A stretch of 64,000 nt of DNA from Octopus vulgaris (Eukaryota): the NCBI GenBank assembly GCA_951406725.2, contig OX597838.1, forward strand, positions 11,036,001-11,100,000, given 5' to 3'. The first letter of the stretch is position 1; each line of letters starts with the position of its first letter. This document shows positions 1 to 15,527 of the stretch, piece after piece. Made by a program: the position numbers and the translations under genes. The notes below the pieces were generated by a model. The model was not told where the DNA came from and searched no databases. It was given only the letters and a program-made list of their open reading frames with translations.

Positions 1-221
1 GGTCTGTTTGTGCAGAGGGTGACCCCGGAACTCACACACCGACAGGGAAGGGTGACAGGACCAGAGGAACGGTGGGGTGGGGGGGTTCTTTCCACCACGT
101 GGTGGGGTGGGGGTGGGGTGGTGGTGGTGGTGGAAGGAAGGAATGAAGGAAGGAGAGTAAGAAGGAAAGAAGAAAGGAAGAAAAGAGAGAAAGAAGCAGA
201 AACAAAAAGAAAGAAATAAAA

Positions 222-251
222 ATAGATAGACAGACAGACAGACATAGATAG

Positions 252-282
<31 letters not shown>

Positions 283-311
283 GATAGATAGATAGATAGA
301 TAAATAGATAA

Positions 312-358
<47 letters not shown>

Positions 359-459
359 TACAGATAGATAAATAGGTATCAAAATACATAGATAGACAGA
401 TAGATAAACAGACAGATATAAAGATAGATAGATATAAAGATAGATAGACAGATAGATAT

Positions 460-495
<36 letters not shown>

Positions 496-496
496 G

Positions 497-532
<36 letters not shown>

Positions 533-537
533 CAGAC

Positions 538-571
<34 letters not shown>

Positions 572-655
572 AGACAGATAAATATAGACAGATACATAAA
601 TATATAAAAACAGATAAAGACAAACAAAAATAGATGGATAGCTAGATTGATAGAT
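222..655. repeat. (AGAT)n/(AGAC)n microsatellite
   Basis: Direct inspection. Confidence 0.95.
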
Positions 656-920
656 AAAATATTGGTTTCAAATTTTGGCACAAAAAGCCAACAATTGAGT
701 GGGATGGGGTAAGACCATTACATTATCCCCCAGTGTTTAACTGGTACTTATTTTATCAACCTCAAAAGGATGAAAAGCAAAGTTGACTCCTGTGAAATTT
801 GAACCCAGAAAACGTAAAGATGGATGAAATGCTGCTAAGTATTTTTCCCTGCATGCTAACCATTCAGCCAGCTCACCACCCTACAGACAGACAGAATATT
901 GGTAAGTCCAATCCCAATAA

Positions 921-1336
921 CTATTTCTTTAATACCCACAAGCGGCTAAACACAGAGAGGACAAACATGGACAGACAGACGATTAAGTCGATTATATTGA
1001 CACCAGTGCGTAACTGGTACTTAATTTACCGACCCCGAAAGGATGAAAGGCAAAGTCGACCTCGACGGAATTTGAACTCAGAACGTAACGGCAGACGAAA
1101 TACCTATTTCTTTACTACCCACAAGGGGCTAAACACGGAGAGGACAAACATGGACAGACAGATGGGTTAAGTCGATTATATTGACCCCAGTGCGTAACTG
1201 GTACTTAATTTACCGACTCCGAAAGGATGAAAGGCAAAGTCGACCTCGGCGGGATTTGAATGCAGAACGTAACGGCAGACAAAATACCGCTTAGCATTTC
1301 GTCCACCATGCTAACGTTTCTGCCAGCTCGCCGCCT
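921..1336 (-). mobile_element. tRNA-derived SINE family B, tandem dimer
   Basis: Head ggcgagctggcagaaacgttagc, B box-like ttcaaatccc, central gcctttcatcctttcggggtcg...aagtaccag; body duplicated. Confidence 0.9.
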
Positions 1337-1571
1337 TCCAATCCCAATACCAGGTAGTGTGATACGAATAATGGGAAAGATCTGCTGCCATCCTGAGTTG
1401 CATGAAGAGTATGGTATAGCGAATAGAAAACAGTGAGTGAAGGTGGAGAGATAAGACACACACACACACCTTGAAGTCTCATATCAACACAAGGTTGAAA
1501 TATTTTTAAAGGTAGAAGTATAATTGATTAAATTTAGGGTTGGTTAACATAAATATTGAATGTTGACCATA

Positions 1572-1771
1572 GGCGCAGGAGTGGCTGTGTGGTAAGTAGC
1601 TTGCTGACTGACCAAATGGTTCGGGGTTCAGTCCCACTGCGTAGCATCTTGGGCAAGTGTCTTCTGCTATAGCCTCGGGCTGACCAAAGCCTTGTGAGTG
1701 GATTTGGTAGACGAAAACTGAAAGAAGTCCATCGTTCCAAATTAATTAATTTCACCCTTCATTATTACGGG

Positions 1772-1804
<33 letters not shown>

Positions 1805-2022
1805 GCATGTGTGTGTTTGTATGCCTGTGTTTGTTCCTCTAGCATTGCTTGACAACCGATGATGGTGTGTTTACGTCCCCGTCACTTAGCAGTTCGGCAA
1901 AAGAAACCGATAGAATAAGTACTGGGCTTACAAAAAATAAGTCCCGGGGTCGATTTGCTCGACTAAAGGCAGTGCTCCAGCATGGCCGCAGTCAAATGAC
2001 TGAAACAAGTAAAAGAGTAAAG
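1572..2022 (+). mobile_element. tRNA-derived SINE family A, full length
   Basis: A box TGGCTGTGTGG, B box GGTTCAGTCCC, CORE-like cttgggcaagtg, internal (TA)/(TG) tract, tail cagcatggccgcagtcaaatgactgaaacaagtaaaagag. Confidence 0.9.
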
Positions 2023-2293
2023 TGTTGAATAAAGACTAGCATACGTAATGGATCTTTTATTTGCAATCTTTCATTTGTTTCTATCATCAGACTGCTGCCA
2101 TGCTGGAGCACCATCTTCAAGAATCTTTAGTCGAATGTACCAACCAAGCACCTAATCTTTTTAGAGCCTAGTACTTGTTCTGTTGGTGTCTGTTGCTGAA
2201 CTGCTATGATACGAGGACATAAACACATCAATGCTAGGCGTCAAGCGGTGACAGGGGACAAATATAAACATCAAGAAACACACACATAGATAT

Positions 2294-2343
<50 letters not shown>

Positions 2344-2764
2344 CATCATCATCATCCTTTAACATCTGTTGTCCATGCTGGCATGGGGTGGACGGTTTGG
2401 CCAGAGCTGGTAAGCTGGAAGGCGGCACCAGACTCAATTCTGATTTGGCATGGATTTCTATGGCTGGATGTCCTTCCTAATGCCAACCACTGTGAGAGTG
2501 TAATGGGTGCTTTTACGTGCACCCATCGACACGGGTGCCATTTGTGTAACACCAGAATCTGCCACAACTGTGATTTTGCTTGGTTTGATGGGTCTTCAGC
2601 TCAAGCACAACATAATGCCAAAGATCTCAGTCTCTGCCACTGTGAGGCCCAACACTTGAAAGGCAAATTATAAATTAGAAAAAAAAAAACACCTTTTATT
2701 AATTCAGTAATGAAATCTAATTTAATTTTTCCTTATTGAATTGATAAAAGGTGTTTTTTTTCCA

Positions 2765-2806
<42 letters not shown>

Positions 2807-2809
<3 letters not shown>

Positions 2810-3040
2810 ATCCAAACAAGAAAACAAAAAGACAACAACGCAAGGACGTGGAACAAATAAAGTATTATTGGACGCTCAGGAAAGAAGGGAAGAAGGAGGG
2901 TTTGACGTTTCGAGCGGAGCTCTTTGTCGGAAACATAGGAGAAGGAAAGACAGAGAGAAAAAATATATATATATACGAGTGAGTAGACAAGCGAAAAAAG
3001 GGCACTCAACACATTTACTGGGAACTGTTTCGATCTATAC
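2807..3040 (-). mobile_element. Family D hammerhead-bearing repeat (Penelope pLTR-like); other copies 15146-15343 (-) and 26955-27101 (+)
   Basis: Three homologous copies share the terminus gttaatccaaac..., each abutting a (TA)n tract. Confidence 0.75.
2900..2934 (-). ncRNA. Core-mutated hammerhead motif (family D repeat)
   Basis: gttt-CCGACAA-A-gagc tcc gctc-GAAACGTC-aaac; homologous to the 15239 and 26972 copies, two core substitutions. Confidence 0.65.
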
Positions 3041-3041
3041 A

Positions 3042-3090
<49 letters not shown>

Positions 3091-3349
3091 ATACACACAC
3101 AGCTGTACACTCATACTGCAGTTTCATAATGGTAAACAGTGACTATACAGACAAGTACTTATTGATGTAAATTGTGTTAGTGTGTGTGTGTGTGTGTATG
3201 TGTGTGTGTGTGTGTGTGTGTAAGTGTGTGTGTGTGTGAATTAATTTGGGCATGTGCAAATTTCTAAATATTTTGTTCCTGACAAGAAGCTGCAGAGAAT
3301 GATAAAAAGAAACACCGAAGAAAAAAATTAAACGATTATTTTAATTACC

Positions 3350-4011
3350 ATGTTGTTATCAACAACATCACCATCATCATCATCAGCATCATACTATTAT
3401 GATTATTGTTGCTATTGTTGTTGTTGTCATCAGTTTTGCTATCATCATCAACATCATATTATTATTAATATTATTGCTGTCATCGTCATCATGTTATTAC
3501 TATTGCTGTCATTGTATTTTTATTATCGCTGTCATCGCCAACATCATCATCATCATCATCAGCACTGTCTTCATTATTAATGTCTCGTTATATTTTCAGA
3601 CTTAATTTTATTGTCCTACTAACATTGTCATCGTTATCACCTTCTTCTTGTGATTATTATTGCTATCATCATCATCACCACCACCATCATCATCATCATA
3701 TTCTTATTATTACTGTTATCATCATCATCATCATCATCGTCGTATTATCAACCTTGTTATTTATGTTGTCACCTCATTATAATTATTATCACTTCCATCA
3801 TTATAATCCTCATCCTAATTTCACCATCATCATCATCATCATCATCAGATCATCATCATTATTATTATTATTATTACTATTATTATTATTGTTAATACTG
3901 TTGTTGATATTGTCTAAACTGCACTACTCTATTATTATTGCAGTTGTTATGGCTGCTGAAATGATGATAATAATAATAATAATAATAATAATGATAATAA
4001 TAATAATAATG

Positions 4012-4043
<32 letters not shown>

Positions 4044-4488
4044 TATTATTATTATTATCATCATCATTATTATTACTATTATTATTATTAAGATCATTAT
4101 TATTACTATTATTATTATTATCATTATTGCCAGATAAGACTGGAGCCTGGTGCAGCCTTCTGGCTTCCCAGATCCCCGGTCGAACCGTCCAACCCATGCT
4201 AGCATGGAGAATGGACGTTAAACGATGATGATGATTACTATTATTATTATCATCATTATTATTACTATTATCATTATTGTTGTTGTGCCATAAGTTTCAT
4301 ATAATGATTTAAATATTGACAAACAAGATTGATAAAATAATGAGTCTCTTTAACCTGATATTAACTAAGCAACAACAGCAGGAATGATACAAATAATAAT
4401 ACTAATAATAACAACAACAACAATAACAATAATAATAATAATAATAGTAATAATAATAATAATAATAATGATAATAATAATAATAATA

Positions 4489-4549
<61 letters not shown>

Positions 4550-4570
4550 TAGTGATGATTATGATGATGA
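3350..4570. repeat. (CAT)n/(ATT)n/(AAT)n microsatellite field
   Basis: Direct inspection; source of the poly-I/L/Y/H ORFs. Confidence 0.95.
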
Positions 4571-4720
4571 GGATAATTAATTTTTGCAATGGATGAATGA
4601 GGGGACATTCCATACACAGGTTACAAAATATATAGGGCAGGGGGAAGGGGTCACAAAATAAAATAAAATGAATGCAGAAAGTGATGGAACACAAAGTGTA
4701 TATGTGTGTGTGTGTGTATG

Positions 4721-4770
<50 letters not shown>

Positions 4771-5049
4771 AATATGTGTGTGTGGGTGTGTGAAAGGTAT
4801 GGAGTCCCAAGAAGAGGGCCGCCACTGTGGCCAACCAAGGAACACCACAGGTCCAAAAATTATTCTGTTTACCAAGGATCAGTGTTCTGTCACAAATGAT
4901 GACCTTTAGGTCAACCTAACAGGTGTGTGCTGAGAACGGGGCCCATCCACTGAGACCCAATGTCTCCCACCAACTTTCCAACAAATTTTCCTAAGTACAG
5001 TACTTCCCTCTCCACTCCCAATTTCATTTCAAAGTGAAACTTGAAAACT

Positions 5050-5089
<40 letters not shown>

Positions 5090-5328
5090 TTCCTTTCTAC
5101 TATGGGCAAAAGGCCTGAAATTTTGTGGGAGGGGACTAGTAGATTACATCGATCCCCAGTGTTTCACTGGTACTTAGTACATTAATCCCAAAAGCATGAA
5201 AGGCAAAGTCGACCTCAGCGAAATTTGAACTCAGAACATAGCGACAGGTGAAATACTGCCAAGTATTTCACCTGACGCACTAACGATTCTGCCAGTCAAC
5301 CACCTTAATAATAACAATAATAATGATG

Positions 5329-5362
<34 letters not shown>

Positions 5363-5462
5363 TAATTCTTTCTACTGTAGGTACAAAGCCTGAAATTTTG
5401 GAGGAGGGAACCTGTTGATTATATTGACCAAATGGTAAATTTTACCTAGGTAGAATGTGAGC

Positions 5463-6090
5463 TAATTAAAAATTAGAAAAACAATAATCCTTTCTTTGTT
5501 TTGGCACAAAGCCAACAATTTCAAGGGGTGGGTCAGTCAATTACATTGACCCCCAGTGCTCAACCGGGTACTTACTTAACTGACCCTGAAAAGATGAAAG
5601 GCAAAGTTGACCTCGGTCGAATTTGAACAAATAATAATAATAATAAGCCTTTAATATTTTGGCACAAGGCCATCAATTCCGAGGGGCAGGGGAAATCGAT
5701 TATATTGACCCCCCAGTGCTAAAACAGGTACTTATTTAATTGACCCCCAAATGGATGAAAGAATGATAGTAATAATTAAAAATTAGAAAAACAATAATCC
5801 TTTCTTTGTTTTGGCACAAAGCCAATAATTTCAAGGGGTGGGTTATAGTCAATTACATTGACCCCAGACCCCAGTGCTCAACCGGGTACTTACTTTACTG
5901 ACCCTGAAAAGATGAAAGGCAAAGTTGACCTCGGTGGAATTTGAACAAATAATAATAATAATAATATTTTAATATTTTGGCACAAGGCCATCAATTCCGA
6001 GGGGCAGGGGAAATCGATTACATTGACCCCCCAGTGCTAAAACAGGTACTTATTAAATTGAACCCCCAAACGAATGAAAGAACGTTAGTA
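5463..6090 (+). repeat. Tandem duplication, unit about 310 bp, made of SINE B fragments
   Basis: taattaaaaattagaaaaacaataatcc starts at 5463 and at 5773. Confidence 0.9.
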
Positions 6091-6489
6091 ATAATAATAA
6101 TAATTATTATAGCAACAGCAACAGTAATGTGTGAATACACATACATAATAAATGTCAGGAAGACCTTTTCTAAGTTGAATACTAGAGGTAATTATAGGAG
6201 AGTAAGCAACAAGCACCACAACAACAACAATAACAAGAGGAGGAAGCTGAATGATAGAGAGAGAAGGGGAAAAAGAAAGGAACGAAAGCTGAATGAAAAA
6301 AATTAATTAGTACCACTAAAATGAATGAGCATAATTGTAGGAATTGTATTGACATTGTTTATACGATGATGAGTTGAGAATTTGGGTGATTCTGGGCAGA
6401 AGAAGCATGTGTGAGTGAGCGTGAATATATATATATATGCTGGTATTTATATATTCACACATACATCAGTAAGAGTGGGTGTATATGTG

Positions 6490-7860
<1,371 letters not shown>

Positions 7861-8409
7861 GAATGTGTGTGTAAAATTGAAATATTATTTTCAAGGAAGA
7901 GGTCCCTGAGGAAGGGATATACTGAAGTAAGGGAAATAAAAAGCAAAACAAAAAAAGGAGAGGAAGATGATGATGATGATGAGGAGGAGGATAGAAAAAA
8001 ATGCCATACCTGTAATCTTCCCATGAATGTTGAATAACACATTGATATACGCAAGCAAGCGCACATTGAGCACATACCTAACATTCCAAGGCGTTGGGTG
8101 GGGCGGAGGCAAGAAGGTGAGGATGGATGAAGAAAGACAAGGTAGGTAGACAGATAGGTAGGATGAGTAGGTAAGGAGATGGAGAGATGGAGAGCTGGAG
8201 AGATGAATGAATGAATGGAGAGGAGACGAAAGTGGTGGTGGTGGGGGGGAAGGGTAGAGAAAGGATGAGATGTGAGGGGAGGTGTTGAGGAGGTGAGATA
8301 TAAAATGAATATAGTAGATGAGAGAGAGAGAGAGAGAGGGAGGGAGAGGGAGCAAGAGAGAGGCAATCGATGGAAAAGAGAAATACAAGAAACAGGTGTC
8401 TGAGCATAT

Positions 8410-8488
8410 GAGTGTCTGTGTGTGTGATAGAGAGAAAGAGTGTGTGTGTAAGAGAATGAGTGTGTGTGAGAGAAAGAGAGAGAGAGAG

Positions 8489-8521
<33 letters not shown>

Positions 8522-8814
8522 GAGAGAAAGAGAGACTGTGTGTGTGTGTGAGAGAGAAAGAGAGATAGAGACGGTGTGTGTGTGAGAGAAAGAGAAAGAG
8601 AGAGAGACTCTGTGTGTGTGTGAGAGAAAGAGAGACTGTGTGTGTGTGTGTGAGAAAGAGAGAGAGAGACGGTGTGTGTATGTGTGTGAAAGAGAGAAAG
8701 AGAAACTGTGTGTGTGTGAGAGAGAGAAAGAGAGACTGTGTGTGTGTGTGAGAAAGAGAGAGAGAGACTGTGTGTGTGTGAGGGAGATTGTGTGTATGTG
8801 TAAGAGAGAGAAAA

Positions 8815-8847
<33 letters not shown>

Positions 8848-8980
8848 TGTATGTGTGTGTGAGAGAGAGAGAGTGTGTGTTTGTGTATGTATAAGAGAGA
8901 GAGAAATTGTGTGTGTGAGAGAGAGAGAGTGTGTGTGTGTATATGTGTGTATGTGTAAGAGAGAGTGTGTTTGTGTGTGT
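8410..8980. repeat. Compound (GA)n/(TG)n repeat
   Basis: Alternating agagag-ac-tgtgtg blocks. Confidence 0.9.
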
Positions 8981-9300
8981 CAGTGTGAATTTGGCTTTCT
9001 TTATTTTCAGTGTATTTCGATTTTCCCTACTTTCCTCTTCTCTTTTCCCCCCTCCCCCACCCCCACCATTTCAATGAATGAACGAACGAACGAAGGCTAA
9101 ATGCGTGAAAAGACAACGAGAAAGAAGGAGAGAGAAAGAGAGAGATGAAAGAAACGAAGAAGATGTATAAGTTTTGTTATTAACGTCAATTCTGGTGGTC
9201 GTTTGCTTTCGTTGTTTTATCATCTGCTGGTTGGGTGGTTGGATGGTTGGCTTGCTGGTTGGTCTTTACGTAGTGACACTGTTACTTTCTATTTGTTTCC

Positions 9301-9335
<35 letters not shown>

Positions 9336-10429
9336 CATACATACACACACACACATATATATATATATAGAATGCAGGTATTTATAGTTTGTCGTGTCAC
9401 TCCACCTGTTCGTCCTCATTTTACCCTTTCTGTCCGTCATTTCTTTTGCCCTTGCTTTTCGTTTATCTTTTTTTTTGTTGTTGTTGTCTCTTTTTATAAA
9501 GTCTCCTCTTAATGACCCACCACTTGTGTCAAATGTCGAACCCTAAAGTGTCTCTTGAACTCCTCCTTGATTAAGTTACGGATACTCCTCCTTCGTCGTT
9601 GTCGTGTGGCACAGCCATCTTTTAAGACGTGCATGCGTGCGTGCGCGTTTGTGTGGTGTGTGACACACAACGTGTGTGAGACGTGTGAAAGAGACAGAAT
9701 GAGAGAAAGTGACACACAACACGAACACACAACTGATAGTAAAAGCCACGGTGACCACCACGGCGATAACGAAAGTGAAAGTAGAAATCAAATGCTTTTA
9801 AATAATTGTGTCCGTCTGTCCATCCATCCATCCATACGTCCATCCATCTATCAATACGTCCATCCATCCATCAATTTATCTATCTCTAACAAGGTGCTAA
9901 TATATCTGCAATCCTGTCAATCGATAGAAACTTTCTATATCTATGCGTACCTTAGCATTTACTCTGTGTGTGTGTTTGTGTGTGTGTGTGTTTGTGTGTG
10001 TTTGTGTGTCACTCTGCCCAAGTATATTTCTGTTAAGATTCTATCTATCTCTCTCTTTCTCATGCACACATACATACATCTAAACAACAAAAAACAAAAA
10101 AATCTACATACTCACACACACAAATTTGCATTACAGGGTCACATACACACACTTGTCCGTGCATGCACACACGCACGTCACTATATTGTATATCACAAAA
10201 GGTGAATGAATGTTCATTCCAATCAGAGACAGCAGGTATACTTTGCAGGCACACACTACCATATTTATGTGTGTCTATGTTCATCTCTCTCTCTCTCTCT
10301 TTATCCATCTATCTCTATCTCATCTAGGTTGTCCCATACGATGCCCCTTTTTAAAGAGTTTCAGTTGTGCATACTATAGGAGTCACAGGATGCTGCTCGA
10401 TGTGGTCCCGCAGTTTCCATCTAACTAAG

Positions 10430-10880
10430 AATATTAGGGTCTTCCCCATTGTCTTTTATTCAAGACCCTCTACATGACATCCTGTTAATTCAAAGCCAGG
10501 AATCTGATCTGTTAGGTCCTGCCGATAACTAAAGCCATACTCTGCTGCCAACGCTTTGATTTATTATCATTAAGGTTTTGTCTGTCTCCTACCCTTTGAC
10601 CTGTCTGACCTGGTAAGACCTGCCTGAAGATTTTTCTCCCTCCACAGCATAGCTCTCCGGTCAATGGAGCACCCAGGCACTTCACAACAGGGCACTTGTT
10701 GAATTGGCTGTTGACTACACAGTAGTTCTTCTGCCCTTTGACAGGTCTTATTTTTCATCTCATTGGGTGTCCAACAATCACCCTCCTCACCAAGCAAGCT
10801 TGATGGGGTTGCCAGTTTAGTCGCTGATGACCTGACCATGCGACAAGTTGTACTGGGTTACATGTTACCAGTAGCACTCA
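10430..10880 (-). mobile_element. Older RTE 5'-UTR-like element
   Basis: Minus strand agagctatgctg...ggcaggtcttaccaggtcagacaggtc, related to the motif in the 46222 element. Confidence 0.55.
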
Positions 10881-11184
10881 AAAAATATATATATTTATTT
10901 ATTTCAGAAAGTTAAGAGTTATGGCTAATCATAGAGTGACTATTGGTTTCAAACCTATAAAGTGCTTCGCAGTATAGGTGCGAAACTAATTGGTCACTCT
11001 ATGACTGGCCATAACATTTAAATTTGTAAAATGATATATTATCCTCCAAGGTTTTACAGTTTGATTATTCTTTGGATATAAGAACTACTGACAAGATCAT
11101 ATATATATATGTGATCTTGCCGGTAGCATGATCTTCAAATGTTGGGCCTCACGGAGGCAACAAGTCATTCAGACCTTGGGCGAT

Positions 11185-11404
11185 AGGCAGAATCGTTAGC
11201 ACACCGGGTGAAATGCTTAGCGGTATTTTGTCTGCCACTACGTTCTGAGTTCAAATTCCGCCGAGGTTGACTTTGCCTTTCATCCTTTCGGGGTCGATTA
11301 AATAAGTACCAGTTACGCACTGGGGTCGATATAATTGATAATCCGTTTGTCTGTCCTTGTTTGTCCTCTCTGTGTTTAGCCCCTTGTGGGTAGTAAAGAA
11401 ATAG
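11185..11404 (+). mobile_element. SINE family B
   Basis: Monomer with B box GAGTTCAAATTCC, ending gggtagtaaagaaatag. Confidence 0.9.
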
Positions 11405-12060
11405 AATCGAACTCACTACCATATGATTGTGGGCTTCATGTGCTAACCACTGAGCCATATGCCTTCACCATCAGTCCCAGAAGGAATGGCTAAACGAGGC
11501 TGGCTGAGACTGTACAGAACCAAAGTCAGGACTCCCTGCAGGCATGGCTGAGCATGTATTTGTACAACTGTGAAATTCTTCTCCATGGTACAGGCCAAGA
11601 ACAAGATGTTTTGTTAAAGAAACCCAGGTGTATAAGAGTGTGTGTGTGTGTGTGTGTGTGTTTGTGTATGTTTTGTATGCTTGTGAATATGTGCATGTAT
11701 GTGTAGGTGGCTGAGTGCATGTGTGTATGTGCATATATATGTGTGTGTATATATGTGCACTTATGCATGTGTGCATGTATGGGTGGGTGAATGCATTTGT
11801 GTATGTATGAATGAGTGCATTTGCGTGTGTATGTATGGGTGAGTGAGTGCACCTGTGCATGTATGAGCGAGTGCATTTGTGTGAGTGTGCATACACACAA
11901 AACATGTACAAGTATGCATAAACACAAACACTAGTATGTGTACACAAAAATACTCAAGTGCATATATACACAAGCATACACATGCATGCCTACAGAAACA
12001 CACACACATATATGCATATACACAAATATGCTATACATGAGTACACATGTCTGTGTGTGC

Positions 12061-12094
<34 letters not shown>

Positions 12095-13159
12095 ACACAA
12101 GCATACATGTGTGCATATATATATATACATATATATATATATACATGCACACACACAGGTATGTATATACACAAACTCACAAGTATGTATGCGTACAAAC
12201 ATATACAAATATGCATATACACAAATGCATGCACATATACTATACATAAATGAACATGTATATGTACATATGTAGGTATACACACACACACACACACACA
12301 AGTATAGATATACACAAACAGATACATGCATGTACATACATAATCACACACAAGTACACAATCTCAAAAATTGATGAGGGGTGGGGGTGAGATGATGGGG
12401 TGGCGGGTAGACTATGACAAAAATATATATCAAATAAAATTATGAAATGAAATTGCTTGCTTTTTCAAATCAATCAATACATGAGAATTGATTTTTTTTT
12501 TTTTTTAAAAACTTCTTCCAGAAATTCTTGCCTCATGTCTTTGGGTAGAAGACAGAATTAAAAATTAACGCATCATTATTGGCCTGTCCCTAATTGTCTC
12601 TACTAAAGACAGTAAATAACAAAATGAAATATATGCAAATGAAATTTATCATGAGAGGAAATCAATACATGTTCACTTAAATAGATAAATAAATAAATAA
12701 ATAAATATATATATATACATATATATAAATATGTATGTATGTATGTATGTATGTGTGCATTTCACACAAATATGCAAACGCTTTAAATGCCTACATGTAG
12801 ACAGCATGAATTTGCTTTTTCCTAAAAGACTTTGCACAGGAATATAAGGTTTTGTGGGTTTTTTTGCATGAAAAAGGGAGGGGAGGAGGGAAGGGGAGAA
12901 GGAGGATGAGGGGAAGAGGTAGGGTAGAGGGAGATGGGGAGAAGAGGAAGAGAGCGGCTATGACACTTTTTGTGGGTCTTGTCAGACGAATGTTACTGGA
13001 GCACATGGGAGTCAATCATTATGTCAACAGGAAAATTGTGGGCATAAAATGAACCACTGAACTGATTCAAAGGGTTTACTAGCAACAGAGTGAAATCTGC
13101 TAATGAAGAGCCAAGCCAAAAGACCAAGGTGTAGAAATAAACAGGGCAGGTGAATTTGA

Positions 13160-13555
13160 TGCATCACTTAGGTGTATGCATGTGCTGAAGTCCAGAGTAG
13201 CATCAAGGAAGTTAACCTACGTATGATTATTTTCTATTGAGATAGAGAGACCAAGATGTTTAAAGAATTTGAAAAGATGTTTTTAGGAACATTCTAAATC
13301 AACCTTAGAAGATATCATGTATAGTGAATAGAGCATCATCTCTATATAATCCACCCCCTAACTCAGGAAATTCCCCATGTATACAATTAAGAATATAAAT
13401 ACCCACTAAATCAGTTACTTGAGCTGAGTCACTGGACCCCACAGTAATGTTGAAATAATCAGGTGTATCAGGTTCTAGTCCAGTACTTTCCATCGGATTC
13501 AATCATGGTTTTGCTAGCTGTTAGTATTAAATCAACTTCACGTTTTCTGATTTCT
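13160..13555 (-). pseudogene. Decayed Penelope-like element reverse transcriptase fragment
   Basis: Translation FNITVGSSDSAQVTDLVGIYIL...GGLYRDDAL...VNFLDATLD matches PLE RT motifs (MGSxDGAE, GLYRDD, VNFLD); contains stops. Confidence 0.85.
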
Positions 13556-13559
13556 TCAT

Positions 13560-14370
13560 AGCAGCACTAGATAAATATTTCCCACCTTCAAGTAAGTATG
13601 GGAAATTATTTAATTGCTATAGAATACAATTTTCATATTCAATCAAAAGAAATTTAATGGAAAATTAGGGAATATCTCAACTCAAAAATCTGTAAACAAG
13701 AGTAGAATCAATAGTGTGAATTGTGAAATTAGCTCTAATGATAATTTCCTTGAACTAGATTCTTTAAGTAAAAGTAATTCCAACTCTGATAATACAGTTA
13801 CCACCTAGTTTTAAAATCATTAATTATAATAATATTCCTGCCTTAACAACTAATTTTGAGAGGAGAACGAGTAGGAATTCTTTAAACCATGAGTACCGAA
13901 TACAAGTGAATAAATGCCTGTGTAATTGTAAAAACAAAGTTGTCCTTTAGAAAACCAGTGTTTAAAGAAAAATATAATGTATCAATGTAAGATAATAACA
14001 GGGGATCATAAGTATCATTACACAGGTTCATCTGCTACAATTTGGAAATCTAGATTTCATAATCATTCTCATTCATTTAAGTATAGAAGAAACAGTAATT
14101 CTACCAATCTTTATTAAGTGCATTTGGGATTTAAGTGAGAGGAACGTTACGTATGATTTAAAGTGGTCCATTATTAATTATGCACCATTGTAGAATATTG
14201 GCAATTTTAAACGTGATCTTTGCCCCGAAGAAATGTATTACACTGAACTGCAAAAGTAACAAGATTTTTTTCAAATGCCATTTTTATATGGCAAATTCCG
14301 ACAATTTATTTTGGGGAAGTAAGTGTAAATATTCCAAGTATTGCTGGTTTATGGCTGAGACCCAAATTGC
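13560..14370 (+). pseudogene. Decayed Penelope-like linker and GIY-YIG endonuclease fragment
   Basis: LDKYFPPSSKYGKLFN...FSYS, then CNC..CPLENQCLKKNIMYQCKI...YHYTGSSATIWKSRFHNHSHSF...IWDL...LKWSII...DLCPEE; frameshifts and stops. Confidence 0.85.
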
Positions 14371-14849
14371 AGGCAACCGTTAAACTTTCCCTGAAACAAG
14401 ATAACAAAATACAGCTGCACTGAATGCTGTGGGTTGCAGTCACAAACAATTGTCATGAAAATTTAAATGCATGTGGATCTTGTGGAGGTTATGGGTATAA
14501 AAATCAATTTGAACCACATTTCCAGCATTCGTAATTTGGACACATCAGGTATGACCCAATTGTCAGCAGTGCAGGGAAAACAAGTAGGACAGCATGCCCT
14601 GGTTGTTGTGAAAGCTTACAATGTCCAGTGATACAACACCACCAAGAGCACTGCAGACCATGCCTGCAGAGAGTGTCCCTGGGTGACCATGCCCAGGCAG
14701 GTCTGCTTCATTCACCTGCAACTTCTCCATGATTGCTTCAGACTAGCCAGTGTGACAGCTTGCGAGACCATTGGTACTGGACAGCGATCCAGCAGTGACG
14801 ACATGGTACAACGTCAACTGGCCGCCAACAACCTGCATTGTCGTCCATC

Positions 14850-15098
14850 CTGCTCATGGATGTTGTCCAACATGACCGTTGAAATAGTCAACCACAAAGA
14901 GAAGGTTGGTGTCATTCGTCGACAAGGCAGTCTGCAAGAGGGCGTCATAAAATCAGTCTTTCAGTTCATCAGGTAGCCCCAGCTAAGGGGCATAGGCCGA
15001 GATAATGGTTGCTAATCCATGTTGCAGCACTAGTCTAAGCTTAAGTATTCTATCACAGACTCTGACTACCTCAATCACCTTATCAACCCATTTCTCAG

Positions 15099-15102
<4 letters not shown>
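14850..15102 (-). pseudogene. RTE-clade LINE AP-endonuclease fragment
   Basis: VAEKWVDKVIEVVRVCDRILKLRL...IISAYAP*LGLPDELKD*FYDAL...DYFNGHVG matches SAYAPQ and GDFNGHVG motifs. Confidence 0.85.
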
Positions 15103-15149
<47 letters not shown>

Positions 15150-15238
15150 ATCCAAACATGAAAACACAAAGAGAAAACACAACAACGCGAGGACATGGAA
15201 CAAGTATAGTATTATTGGACGCTCAGGAAAGAAGGAGG

Positions 15239-15273
15239 GTTTAACGTTTCGAGTGGAGCTCTTCATCAGAAAC
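15239..15273 (-). ncRNA. Minimal type I hammerhead motif (family D repeat)
   Basis: gttt-CTGATGA-A-gag ctcca ctc-GAAACGTT-aaac. Confidence 0.8.
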
Positions 15274-15422
15274 ATAGGAAAAGGAAAGATCCAAAGAAGG
15301 GAAGACGGAGGAAAAAAATCGCCAACGGTACACATGCGGTCACATATACATACATATAATTACACACAAAGATGGAAAGAGAAATAAAAATTATTTTAAC
15401 AAAGTAATGAAAGTAAACCTAC

Positions 15423-15527
15423 TTCATCCATTTTTTGAATTTCTTCATTTTTCATTGACAGTCTCTGCAAAGTCTGTTTATGTTCAGCATCAAGGATTTT
15501 CAACTGCTCATCAGATTTCTGAAGATC
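15423..15527 (-). CDS. Next internal coding exon of the same gene (DLQKSDEQLKILDAEHKQTLQRLSMKNEEIQKMDE)
   Basis: Acceptor ttttttatttcag|GAT and donor GAA|gtaggt; 105 nt, phase 0/0; joins in frame to the 17955-17833 exon and continues the coiled coil. Confidence 0.85.
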
